In this document: positions 1 to 8,076 of the stretch, in pieces
Numbering within the stretch: position 1 is the first letter of the stretch
How the letters are laid out: every line of letters begins with the position of its first letter
Source: Pseudobacteriovorax sp.
Lineage (GTDB): Bacteria; Bdellovibrionota_B; Oligoflexia; Oligoflexales; Oligoflexaceae
Reading direction: 5' to 3'
Assembly: GCA_050293845.1 (NCBI GenBank)
Contig: JBNKNM010000097.1
Span: 6,118-19,528 of the forward strand
Length of the DNA: 13,411 bases
The notes under the pieces: generated by a model
Databases searched by the model: none
What the model was told of the DNA's origin: nothing
The model's input: only the letters and a program-made list of their open reading frames with translations
Position numbers and translations under genes: made by a program

Positions 1-92
1 TCATCACCTTGATCATCATCACCTTGATCATCATCACCTTGATCATCATCACCTTGATCATCATCACCTTGATCATCATCACCTTGATCATC
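1..92. repeat. Perfect 15-bp tandem repeat (TCATCACCTTGATCA), at least 6 copies, encoding DQGDD on the - strand
   Basis: Six exact copies at 1-90 plus a partial copy. The repeat is truncated by the window edge, and the unit length is a multiple of 3. Confidence 0.97.
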
Positions 93-230
93 GGTAGCAT
101 CTTCAGTTCCGTCTGGGGTTCCAGTGCCTAATTCCGCCTCGGGAGCCTCTTTAACATCCTTTGCATCATCAGAAGCCTTGCCGCATGAAACTAGTGCTAA
201 AATCAACGTAACAAATAAAAACTTATGCAT
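1..230 (-). CDS. Putative lipoprotein with acidic DQGDD tandem-repeat linker (partial; runs off the left edge)
   Basis: Hand translation from the ATG at 230: MHKFLFVTLILALVSCGKASDDAKDVKEAPEAELGTGTPDGTEDATD(DQGDD)n. It has a basic N-terminus, a hydrophobic core and a lipobox-like LVS|C. A GAGG RBS lies upstream (GAGGATTAAAA-ATG). There is no stop before the window edge, which is why it is absent from the ORF track. Confidence 0.85.
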   Translation of the reverse strand, partial: MHKFLFVTLILALVSCGKASDDAKDVKEAPEAELGTGTPDGTEDATDDQGDDDQGDDDQGDDDQGDDDQGDDDQGD

Positions 231-607
231 TTTTAATCCTCAAAATCCCTAAATAAAATCATCATAAATTAAGCCCCCAAAATAACGAACCAGGGGAGGG
301 TTTTCACTACATTCCTACCTTTTTTTGCTTAAAAAGCGATATAAATTCTACAGAAATGTATGTAACTTATAGCTAAGCTGACTTAGTTAATTATAATAGG
401 CTAGTCATTAGATCAGATCTCCAAAGTGGGCTAGCAAATGCATTGAGGCCAAAGAGAAATCCGCTCCATTATGGTATCCTTTTCCGTTATTAGATCTTTT
501 GTCTTTAAAACTAAATTGACATATATAAATTGACTGCTAAGACAAATTATGTAATTTATATCGACTATAGAATAATGTCTATATGATATATCCATTTTTT
601 ACTCTTT

Positions 608-650
608 ACTTCCCATAAAGACACTTTTGATGGCTGTATTTATGGGAAGT
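608..650. other. Inverted repeat/hairpin downstream of the DUF1552 gene (possible terminator or mRNA stabiliser)
   Basis: ACTTCCCATAAA (608-619) and TTTATGGGAAGT (639-650) are perfect 12-bp reverse complements, extended internally by ACA/TGT. There is no U-tract on the - strand. Confidence 0.5.
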
Positions 651-715
651 GGCAAAGCCTTTTGGAGTAAGGGCACCAGTATCTGAAATCATGAGCATAC
701 GCAAACAAGCTCTGG

Positions 716-1957
716 TTATCTAAGCACCCCAGGAATCACCTCAGTTGCATATTTCTGATAGGCTGAATGCTGATGAGCATTCAGCACTACTGCTGCCGTA
801 TGAATTTGGTTTAAAGGGGTATAGGATGATCCACCGGCATTCGATACTTTTCTATGAATGGCACCCCCTCCTCCAGCCATAATTAAGGGAATATCATTAC
901 TGCTATGAGCATCTCCGTTACCCATATCAGTCACTTCACATACGATCGTACTATCGAGTACTCCAACATTTTTCAGTTTGTTGATTAAATATGCTGACAA
1001 GCCACTGAGGTGAGCGCGTGTTTCTCGAAAATGTGGATAGCTGGAATCTCCGTTATTACCACCGTGAATCGATTGATGATAGACATCCTTATAATTCAAG
1101 TAAGGAAATGAAAACTCCGCGGCTTCATTGCCGAATGCTATGGAACAGGATGCTGTAAGATTACAGCGTAAAGCTAACGCAATAATGTCGGATTGCAAGT
1201 GGGCTTGCTCTCTAAACTTTTCAAACCCCAGTGCGAACTTGTCTGGCGGTGAACCAACATTACAGGTCGATGATCCTCCGTTTAATCTTTTTTGCATGTC
1301 TTCGATTGCGGAAAGATGCGATTCCAATCGTTGCCGCTCATGGCTTCCCAGCTTGAGTTTTAAAGCATTCACGGCATCCAAGTGAGCATCAATAATATTT
1401 AGCCTAGGACTTCTAGTACCACCACCGCCAGATGCATTGCCAAACAACCGATCAAAAGCGTTAAAAGGATTATCTTCGAATGGAACTTCATGGCCGTTGT
1501 CTTTGGTTAAGCAGCCTTTTCCATTGCTATGCACTCCAAGGTTTACATAGGCAAAGGGGTGATTTTGGCTTAATATCCTCCCCATATTAACATCGAAGCT
1601 ATCTCCTCCCCAGCTATTATTAATAATAGTTGGTATCACACCATGACCGGCACGATGATGCCCCATGTTTTTAAGAAAATTGCATTCGCTAGCAACAGTT
1701 TGATAGGGTTGTGACATTGGTTTCCAAGCAGTTAAGTTGCTATTTGGAAAAAACTGTTGAGGGATGCACCCATCAGGAATATATATTATAACGGATTTAT
1801 TGGGTCTCGTTTGCTGGGCATCAGCAAGTCGCGAAATCATTGTACCCATGACCAGCGGTGAGGCCCGTAGTAAGCCTTGGCTGATACCTGCTGATCCTAT
1901 AATTTTAAATAAGTCCCTACGACTTTTATCAAACACATTTTTATATCGCTTTTTCAT
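716..1957 (-). CDS. Tat-exported DUF1552 (HXXSHH-family) protein, about 413 aa
   Basis: ORF 716..1987, with the more likely start at the ATG at 1957 (AAGGT RBS). It has a twin-arginine motif SRRDLFK and an A-D-A cleavage site. Family-like segments include IYIPDG, DNPFNAFDRLFG, KLGSHERQRLESHLSAIEDMQKRL, YHQSIHG, LDSTIV..TDMGNGDAHS and IPLIMAGG. It sits directly downstream of a DUF1592-type gene, the usual pairing. Confidence 0.85.
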   Translation of the reverse strand: MKKRYKNVFDKSRRDLFKIIGSAGISQGLLRASPLVMGTMISRLADAQQTRPNKSVIIYIPDGCIPQQFFPNSNLTAWKPMSQPYQTVASECNFLKNMGHHRAGHGVIPTIINNSWGGDSFDVNMGRILSQNHPFAYVNLGVHSNGKGCLTKDNGHEVPFEDNPFNAFDRLFGNASGGGGTRSPRLNIIDAHLDAVNALKLKLGSHERQRLESHLSAIEDMQKRLNGGSSTCNVGSPPDKFALGFEKFREQAHLQSDIIALALRCNLTASCSIAFGNEAAEFSFPYLNYKDVYHQSIHGGNNGDSSYPHFRETRAHLSGLSAYLINKLKNVGVLDSTIVCEVTDMGNGDAHSSNDIPLIMAGGGGAIHRKVSNAGGSSYTPLNQIHTAAVVLNAHQHSAYQKYATEVIPGVLR

Positions 1958-2028
1958 ACTTTGACCTTTTTTAAAGATGTTTCTCAAGTTGTTTCAGTCA
2001 ATTTAATTTTGATTATTCAATATTCTGA

Positions 2029-4104
2029 TTAACGTACCCAATTTTTTCGATATCTAACAGTTTCCAAAGTTCCCAAATTTACTAGTAATTCAAAGGGACT
2101 CTGGTGAACCATCGTGTCTGTCATCTGTTGAACGGTGCAGGCGTAGCCATCTCGTTCTCGTGAAGACAATTCTGGTCCTAAGGGATTTGTATTGTCAATA
2201 CTGTCATGACCTACTCCCATCATATATCGAAATAGATTTTTTGAAACGCATGACTGCGCACTCGGTAAGTTAGCGAATAACGCTCCAAGTTCCCTTGTGC
2301 CGTAAAAGCTTATGGAGACATCCCGATCGCTTAAGTTTTCAGGAGCATAGAGTATGCCACTGGCATCGATGGTATTTCCCCGCAAATCAGCAAAACGTAT
2401 TTTGCCTACGGTATTGAAATCTTCCATCCCAAATCCTAAAGGATTGATCCATTCTTGATGGCAATTCACGCAAGGTTGAGTGTCGGTTATGATAGCATAC
2501 TTCATTCTGTTTGTTGTTCTAGGGTCCCTTAAAACTTCAGCATGCTTCTTGATCTGTTCCTCCCGTCCCTCAGCAATATTCCCGGGGGGGTTAGGTTGAT
2601 TCTCGCACAGCATGCGGCGTCGGACACGAACAGAGCGTCTAATGGGGGAGGTTTCGATGCTTTCACCCCAACGTGACATAAAAGCACCATTGGCTAATAT
2701 ACCACCGCGATCGTTGACATTGACTCGTCTGAACTCATTCCCACTAATACCTGAAATGCCATAGTGTTCTGCTAAAGGAGCATTAAGATATGTCCAGCTT
2801 GCATTATATATAGAACCAAAATTCTCGTTTCTATTTAACATCACTTCAGCAAAGTTTTCACGAATTTCTTGCTTTAAGTGTGGGATCAGTTGTTGAAATT
2901 CAGGCCATTTCTCAGAGTCCTTCGGAGTGTTTTCCAGCTGGTCCGTACCTAACCAATTACCAACAAAATTACCCATTGTGCTCCGTGCTCGGGGACTATT
3001 GAGTAAGCGCCGTGCCTCTGCACGGATATTATTAGGGTTCCGTAACTCATTGTTTGCAGCTTTTTGAAGGGCGGTTGCATCTGGAGTCGAACCGGTAAGA
3101 GAAAAGCTTAACCAGGTAGCCATTTCATAAGAGGTTAATTCGTAGGCATTGAAGTCAATTTCTCCGTTGCTGCGATTCAATTCACCAATTTCATGACGAT
3201 AGAGAAATTGAGGTGAAGATAGCATGCCTGCCAGAGCCAGCTGTAGACCTGCTTTTACGTCTCCATTAGTCAGAGTGCCATTGGCCATATTGGTATATAT
3301 CTCCCTTTCCCGACTATTCAGCGTTCTTCGAAAAATCTTTGGTGCTGCCGTGTTTATAAACCTATTTGCACAATTTTGATCGAAGTTTTGACAATTTAAT
3401 AGGGGAGAAAAGTTACGATCTGCCGACCAAGCTGCTACTTCTTCTGCAACGTTTAAATAGGCTTCATATGTTGCAACAACAATAGAAGTAAAAGTATTAT
3501 TGGTGAAATAGCCAACTCTATTATCCGCTGATAGAGATTCAGAAACATTGTAATTAATACCAATTAGATCCCTAACTGAATTTTGATACTCGCTTTTTGT
3601 TAAAATTTTTAGCTGTCGAGCTCCATATTTAACCATACTGCAATCTTCAGGAAGTTCTTCTGCCCAAAAAGTATCTGCTATATAGTTTCCAACTCTTTCA
3701 GCACAGGTGGCATCGCAATTTTGGGGGTTACCAAAAGGCATTCTTTGTTCAATGATCTCTATCATTGCTGCTAGATCCCGTTTTGTATTAAGTGGGATAT
3801 TTAAGACCCCACCACTAGCATCAAATCCATGGCAAGAAGCGCAGACTTTTGAAAAAATTTCTCCTCCCGTATAGCTTCCATTACCGTCAGCCAGAGGCAT
3901 ATTTTCTAATATGGAAAAATCATGGTAAGAGCTGCTATTTTGGAAAAACTGACCGAGATCTGGTCGCATATGCCCGTCTATGTGGTTAACTTGTGATAAG
4001 GTTTTTGAGGTTCTGAGGTCTTGATCTGCGAACGCGACCCCAAATGATTCTCCGATTGAAAACAGATAAACGCCTAGCCAGGCGAATAGATAAAACGCTT
4101 TCAT
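2029..4104 (-). CDS. Secreted cytochrome c plus DUF1587/DUF1595/DUF1592/DUF1588/DUF1585 multidomain protein, about 691 aa
   Basis: ORF 2029..4218, with the likely start at the ATG at 4104 (AAGGGG RBS) giving a Sec signal MKAFYLFAWLGVYLFSIGESFGVAFA. The heme motif CASCH (3829-3843) has a distal MP and a CDATC pair. Domain-like motifs: LTKSEYQNSVRDLIG (DUF1587), KIFRRTL (DUF1595), YEMATWLSFSLTGSTPD (DUF1592), RGGILANG..TSPIRR..CVNCH..INPLGFGMEDF (DUF1588; second CxxCH at 2458-2472) and CVSKNLFRYMMG (DUF1585). Confidence 0.88.
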   Translation of the reverse strand: MKAFYLFAWLGVYLFSIGESFGVAFADQDLRTSKTLSQVNHIDGHMRPDLGQFFQNSSSYHDFSILENMPLADGNGSYTGGEIFSKVCASCHGFDASGGVLNIPLNTKRDLAAMIEIIEQRMPFGNPQNCDATCAERVGNYIADTFWAEELPEDCSMVKYGARQLKILTKSEYQNSVRDLIGINYNVSESLSADNRVGYFTNNTFTSIVVATYEAYLNVAEEVAAWSADRNFSPLLNCQNFDQNCANRFINTAAPKIFRRTLNSREREIYTNMANGTLTNGDVKAGLQLALAGMLSSPQFLYRHEIGELNRSNGEIDFNAYELTSYEMATWLSFSLTGSTPDATALQKAANNELRNPNNIRAEARRLLNSPRARSTMGNFVGNWLGTDQLENTPKDSEKWPEFQQLIPHLKQEIRENFAEVMLNRNENFGSIYNASWTYLNAPLAEHYGISGISGNEFRRVNVNDRGGILANGAFMSRWGESIETSPIRRSVRVRRRMLCENQPNPPGNIAEGREEQIKKHAEVLRDPRTTNRMKYAIITDTQPCVNCHQEWINPLGFGMEDFNTVGKIRFADLRGNTIDASGILYAPENLSDRDVSISFYGTRELGALFANLPSAQSCVSKNLFRYMMGVGHDSIDNTNPLGPELSSRERDGYACTVQQMTDTMVHQSPFELLVNLGTLETVRYRKNWVR

Positions 4105-4281
4105 TGATTTGATCCCCTTTAACATGTATAACAATCCGTTTTTCCGCACATAGAAAGCATTTTCTAGGTCAAAAAACGGTAAAAACTGTACTGACTTAAT
4201 TAGTTTAAGTTTTTTCAAAATGGGCGTTACCTACAGGAAGAAAAAGTACCGAATTACCAAGTCAGGATTTATGCTATCAAC

Positions 4282-4300
4282 TAAATTCGAATCGAATTTA
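4282..4300. promoter_or_regulatory. Perfect 9-1-9 palindrome, candidate operator
   Basis: TAAATTCGA-A-TCGAATTTA, about 180 bp upstream of the cytochrome c/DUF1592 gene start. Confidence 0.4.
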
Positions 4301-4323
4301 CATAAAGATAGATGCCCACAAGA

Positions 4324-4348
4324 TATCATTGCAAATAATTCAATGATA
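4324..4348. promoter_or_regulatory. 8-9-8 inverted repeat, candidate operator
   Basis: TATCATTG-CAAATAATT-CAATGATA with perfect 8-bp arms. Confidence 0.3.
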
Positions 4349-4699
4349 GTATGTTTTCTACGCTGCGAACATATGATCCTCAATTTAGAAAATTTATTAT
4401 AATTTAAGAGCATTTCCGTATTCACAAAAATTTAACTATAGAAGTATAGCAGTATTCGCAACTTCGCGATTTCCTTTCTGTACTGTTACTTCATGGTATT
4501 TAGCAGTCTCACAGTCTTCCCCTTTGGGTTTAAAAACTAGGATCGATATAAAGGCAAAAATTCTGAATGCGGTACTTAATTGTATCTTTTTCACTTTAAG
4601 AAACGTAAATTCTACTCTCTAAATCCTTCTATTAAAAACAGCTATGGTGAATCTTGAAAATCGTTTCTGCTCCGTGTTGCCGTGTTAAAAAAGATCATC

Positions 4700-4756
4700 A
4701 TGAATCGCCTCTGGAAAACTATTCAATTGATTGTATTGATTACGATGGTCTCTTAG
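4700..4756 (+). CDS. Possible 18-aa hydrophobic small peptide or truncated signal-peptide remnant (MNRLWKTIQLIVLITMVS)
   Basis: ATG at 4700 to TAG at 4756, with a basic N-terminus and hydrophobic core. A terminator-like hairpin follows 16 nt later. The RBS is weak. Confidence 0.25.
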   Translation: MNRLWKTIQLIVLITMVS

Positions 4757-4772
4757 GAATGGACCTGATAGT

Positions 4773-4797
4773 AAGCCGAGTAGAACTCGGCTTTGTT
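4773..4797 (+). terminator. Intrinsic terminator-like hairpin
   Basis: AAGCCGAGT-AGA-ACTCGGCTT; the GC-rich core GCCGAG/CTCGGC is followed by TTTGTT on the + strand. Confidence 0.55.
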
Positions 4798-5527
4798 CAA
4801 TTATAAGGGGGGCTAGGCGTTTTGAAAAAGAAAATTAAACTGTCTTTGATTCCAACGTCCAGCAAAAAAATAACTAAAACATGACTACTTACCTTTTTAA
4901 AAGAAAAGGCTTGGTGCATTTTTTTTCAATTTTGATATTTGCACTTACAATAGTTATATAAATAGATGTTTCGTTTTTTTGAAGTCATCTCCTCCCTGAA
5001 AGTAAGTCAGACGAACAACACAACAGACCATAAGTCGGAAGGAATCGATTAATACTGCTCATCCTACCTTCAGATTCTGGTAGAAGTTGATCCTATTTAA
5101 GGAAACTTTCATAAGTTGCCTAATATTTGCTGATTCATGATGAACTATCAATAGGTGATATTGGTCAACAACTCATTAAAAATAATCTATTTGAAAGATT
5201 AAACTAATAAGAAACTTTATTGAAGGTTTTTTGGAAACTATTGGTAAATCATATCACACTAAATGGGATCATATTTTAACTCATTCCAGAATATTCAATT
5301 CTTATCCGGAATTACATATTAACGTAGCAAATGATTGCAAAAGCAGATGAATAACATTTTCTGTATGCTATCGAAGCTATCGAACAACTTTACAACGGAA
5401 TGTCCAGTTTGATGGTTTTATTTTACTTATGTCTTGAAATCATGAATTTTATGATCCATATAGTCACAATAATCAGAATAGAAATCATGTTTTGAAAAAT
5501 TTTAGTCAACACAAAGAAAGTCTGTAT

Positions 5528-6397
5528 ATGTCGCATATAAGGTGTCTTTGCAAAGCAAATAACCTTCTTGGAGAAGGTCCATTATGGGTAGAGGAAGAGA
5601 ATGCCATAATATGGCTCGATATAATGTCAAAACATCTGCATTATTATAATATTGGTAATGGTAACCAAGAAAATTGGGAATTTGATACAGCTCTTACCAG
5701 TATTGCAAAGCGTCGATCAGGGGGCTATATTTGTACCAGCCACCACTTCGTCTGTGCTTTAAATCTAAGGAGTCATAAGCTAGAAAACTTGATGCAAATA
5801 GAACCTCATATTCCCAGCAATCGATTCAACGATGGTAAGGTAGATCATAAAGGGAGATATTGGGTGGGAACTATGGACCATGATGAACTTAGTCCAACAG
5901 GAAGCCTTTATCGCTTGGACTCAATTGGTTCGTATGCTCCAATGGATAATCATTATGTTATTACTAACGGCCCCGCTTTCAGTACCGATTACAAAACTCT
6001 TTACCACACTGACACCGTAAATCGTATCATATATAAATTTGATTTGCTTGAAGATGGATGCCTTCGTAATAAGCGACCTTTTATTAAGGTTCCGCATCAT
6101 CTAGGCTATCCAGACGGTATGACCATTGATTGCGAGAACTGCCTCTGGGTATGCTTTTTTGGAGGCTGGAATATCTCTCGTTTTTCACCACAAGGTAAAA
6201 TACTGGTCAGCATACCGTTACCAGTTGCCAACGTAACTAGTTGTACTTTTGGGGGAGAACAGTTAGATACGTTATTCATAACTACTGCCAGCAAAGGGTT
6301 ACAGGAAGCCGACATGATGGCTCAGCCCTTGGCTGGAAGTTTATTTAGTTTTAATCCAGGAGTGAAAGGGTTGCCAACATCGGAATTTTTAGGCTAA
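5528..6397 (+). CDS. SMP-30/gluconolactonase/LRE family sugar lactonase (cytoplasmic), about 289 aa
   Basis: Metal-ligand motifs LGEGPLW, RFNDGKVD, TNGPAFS and YPDGMTID, plus VTSCTFGG and the AGSLF C-terminus. There is no signal peptide. The ATG at 5528 is preferred to the TTG at 5492. Confidence 0.93.
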   Translation: MSHIRCLCKANNLLGEGPLWVEEENAIIWLDIMSKHLHYYNIGNGNQENWEFDTALTSIAKRRSGGYICTSHHFVCALNLRSHKLENLMQIEPHIPSNRFNDGKVDHKGRYWVGTMDHDELSPTGSLYRLDSIGSYAPMDNHYVITNGPAFSTDYKTLYHTDTVNRIIYKFDLLEDGCLRNKRPFIKVPHHLGYPDGMTIDCENCLWVCFFGGWNISRFSPQGKILVSIPLPVANVTSCTFGGEQLDTLFITTASKGLQEADMMAQPLAGSLFSFNPGVKGLPTSEFLG

Positions 6398-6719
6398 TTT
6401 TTTCCTGTAATATAAACTTGCTAACTAGAATGGCATCCATTTCATACCGGTCTTTTTGCTTGACTGAATAACAGTAATCTAGAAGAAGGAATGCAATTTT
6501 GTTTTTTACCAAATTTCTATAAAAAAATCTCTAGCTATTAAGTACCCTGACCAATATAGCACACAGATTTGAACTTTAAAGAAATTAATCTTCATATCTT
6601 TTTCGATTTTTGAGGAAAAGTTAGTTTTAATGAAGTATGCTCCAATCGGTTTTTGGCTTAAATAAAGTTTAGATATTGTACATTGGTAACACTTATACTG
6701 TTCAAATATAGTTTAATTG

Positions 6720-6739
6720 TTGTGCATTAATTTGCATAA
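6720..6739. promoter_or_regulatory. Imperfect palindrome upstream of the ABC operon, candidate operator
   Basis: TTGTGCA-N6-TGCATAA (6/7 symmetric). It lies just downstream of a weak sigma70-like TAGATA-N18-TATACT at 6670-6699. Confidence 0.25.
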
Positions 6740-6831
6740 GCTGTTCTTGTCAAAGGAATCGCAGCTGTCCGTTTTATCGGATATATATTACTTCAAAACT
6801 TTAATGTATAAATTTCAAAGGAGAAGGGACT

Positions 6832-8067
6832 ATGAAAAGGATATTATGCCTTTTTTTTCTCACATCGAGCATTGCTTGGGGAGCTGGGAAACAAACTCAA
6901 ATAAGGTTCGATGCCTACCCTGACTTCGACAGCCATCTTAAAAATGTCTTACCGACCTACCATGCAACACAAGATAAAGTGCATGTTGAATTTCTCATGA
7001 ACAACCACGGCGATCATCATACAAAACTGACCAACAACCTAGCGACGGGCTCAGGAGCCGGTGATGTGGTTGCTGTAGATGTATCTCGATTAGGCGCGTT
7101 CATTAATGCAGGGGGGTTCGTCAACCTTGACCAGGCTCCCTATAATGCTCAATCATTAGCGAAACTTTTCCCCTCCTATGCTTGGAATCAGGGAAAAGGA
7201 TCTGATGGTATCCAGTACGCAATTCCTGCTGACCTTGGCCCTGGAGTTATGTATTATCGCCGTGATCGTCTTAAAGATAGTGGCATGGTGATCGATCAGG
7301 TTATCAAGGATTGGGATAGTTTTTTAAATTGGGGCCGTGCCCTTAAGAAAAAAGGGTATGCTTTGATTGGTGATGCCAATGATATAGCCCTTCTCTTAGT
7401 ATACACAGGAGTCAAGCCGGGTGAAGGTATCTTTTTCGATAAGAATGGTAAAAGCCTTCTTACTAGTAAACGCTTTGTTGATGCCGTAAATTTAGCCAAA
7501 AAAGTGCGACGCGAAGGGCTTGATCTAAACATCACTGCATGGACTAATGAGTGGTATGAAATTTTAAAAACAGGTAAGGTCGGATCACAATTATCTGGTG
7601 CCTGGCTGTTGGGACATTTGCAAAACTGGATAGCACCAAAAAGTGCTGGGAAATGGGGCGTTTCTCACCTACCCAATCATATTTACGGAAGTTGGGGTGG
7701 ATCATTCTTCTGTATTACAAAGCAAAGCAAACACCCCAAAGAAGCTTGGGATTTTATTAATTTTATGATTAAACCTGATATTCAAATTAATGCTCTTAAG
7801 AAAATCGCGGCCTTTCCTGCAAGGGTCGACACCTATGACAATCCCATTTTTAGTGAGTCTATTGCCTTTTTAGATGGCCAGAAAGCTCGCAAGATTTTCG
7901 CTGATGTTGCTAATAAAATAACTCCCATTAAACCTTTTAAAGGTGATCAAATTGCTAAAACAATATTTGAAGATGCTTTAGAGGAAGCCGTTGACCAAGA
8001 TAAAGACACCATGGAAGTTCTGAAAACTGCAAATAAAATGCTAGAAAGAAGAACCCGACGACTTTAG
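6832..8067 (+). CDS. Carbohydrate ABC transporter periplasmic solute-binding protein (family 1; probably cellobiose/beta-glucoside oligosaccharides)
   Basis: Strong RBS (AAAGGAG) and Sec signal MKRILCLFFLTSSIAWG. SBP family 1 motifs: LATGSGAGDV, YAIPADLGPGVMYYRRD, WGGSFFCITKQSKHPKEAWDFINF. Substrate is inferred from the co-transcribed GH1. Confidence 0.92.
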   Translation: MKRILCLFFLTSSIAWGAGKQTQIRFDAYPDFDSHLKNVLPTYHATQDKVHVEFLMNNHGDHHTKLTNNLATGSGAGDVVAVDVSRLGAFINAGGFVNLDQAPYNAQSLAKLFPSYAWNQGKGSDGIQYAIPADLGPGVMYYRRDRLKDSGMVIDQVIKDWDSFLNWGRALKKKGYALIGDANDIALLLVYTGVKPGEGIFFDKNGKSLLTSKRFVDAVNLAKKVRREGLDLNITAWTNEWYEILKTGKVGSQLSGAWLLGHLQNWIAPKSAGKWGVSHLPNHIYGSWGGSFFCITKQSKHPKEAWDFINFMIKPDIQINALKKIAAFPARVDTYDNPIFSESIAFLDGQKARKIFADVANKITPIKPFKGDQIAKTIFEDALEEAVDQDKDTMEVLKTANKMLERRTRRL

Positions 8068-8076
8068 GAAGTTTGC

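Noticed and set aside
1..92. CRISPR array
   Set aside because: The 15-bp units are contiguous with no spacers and lie in frame in a coding sequence.
395..425. Fluoride-riboswitch-like words (GGAGAT..CTAATGACT) on the - strand
   Set aside because: The pairing segments and spacing of the motif are absent.
431..469. 12-aa ORF MERISLWPQCIC on the - strand with an AAGGA upstream
   Set aside because: Too short, with no recognisable motif or other support.
1128..1964. + strand ORFs 1128..1385 and 1764..1964
   Set aside because: Antisense shadows of the DUF1552 gene.
4105..4218. 38-aa N-terminal extension of the cytochrome ORF
   Set aside because: The ATG at 4104 has an RBS and directly begins a signal peptide; the upstream TTG extension looks non-coding.
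4220..4425. Overlapping 60-aa (+) and 64-aa (-) ORFs
   Set aside because: No clear RBS and no recognisable protein features; they overlap likely promoter palindromes.
6720..6739. Sigma54 promoter or CRP site
   Set aside because: Lacks the invariant -24 GG and does not fit TGTGA-N6-TCACA.
6717..6923. 68-aa ORF overlapping the binding-protein start
   Set aside because: Out-of-frame overlap with a well-supported gene that has a strong RBS.
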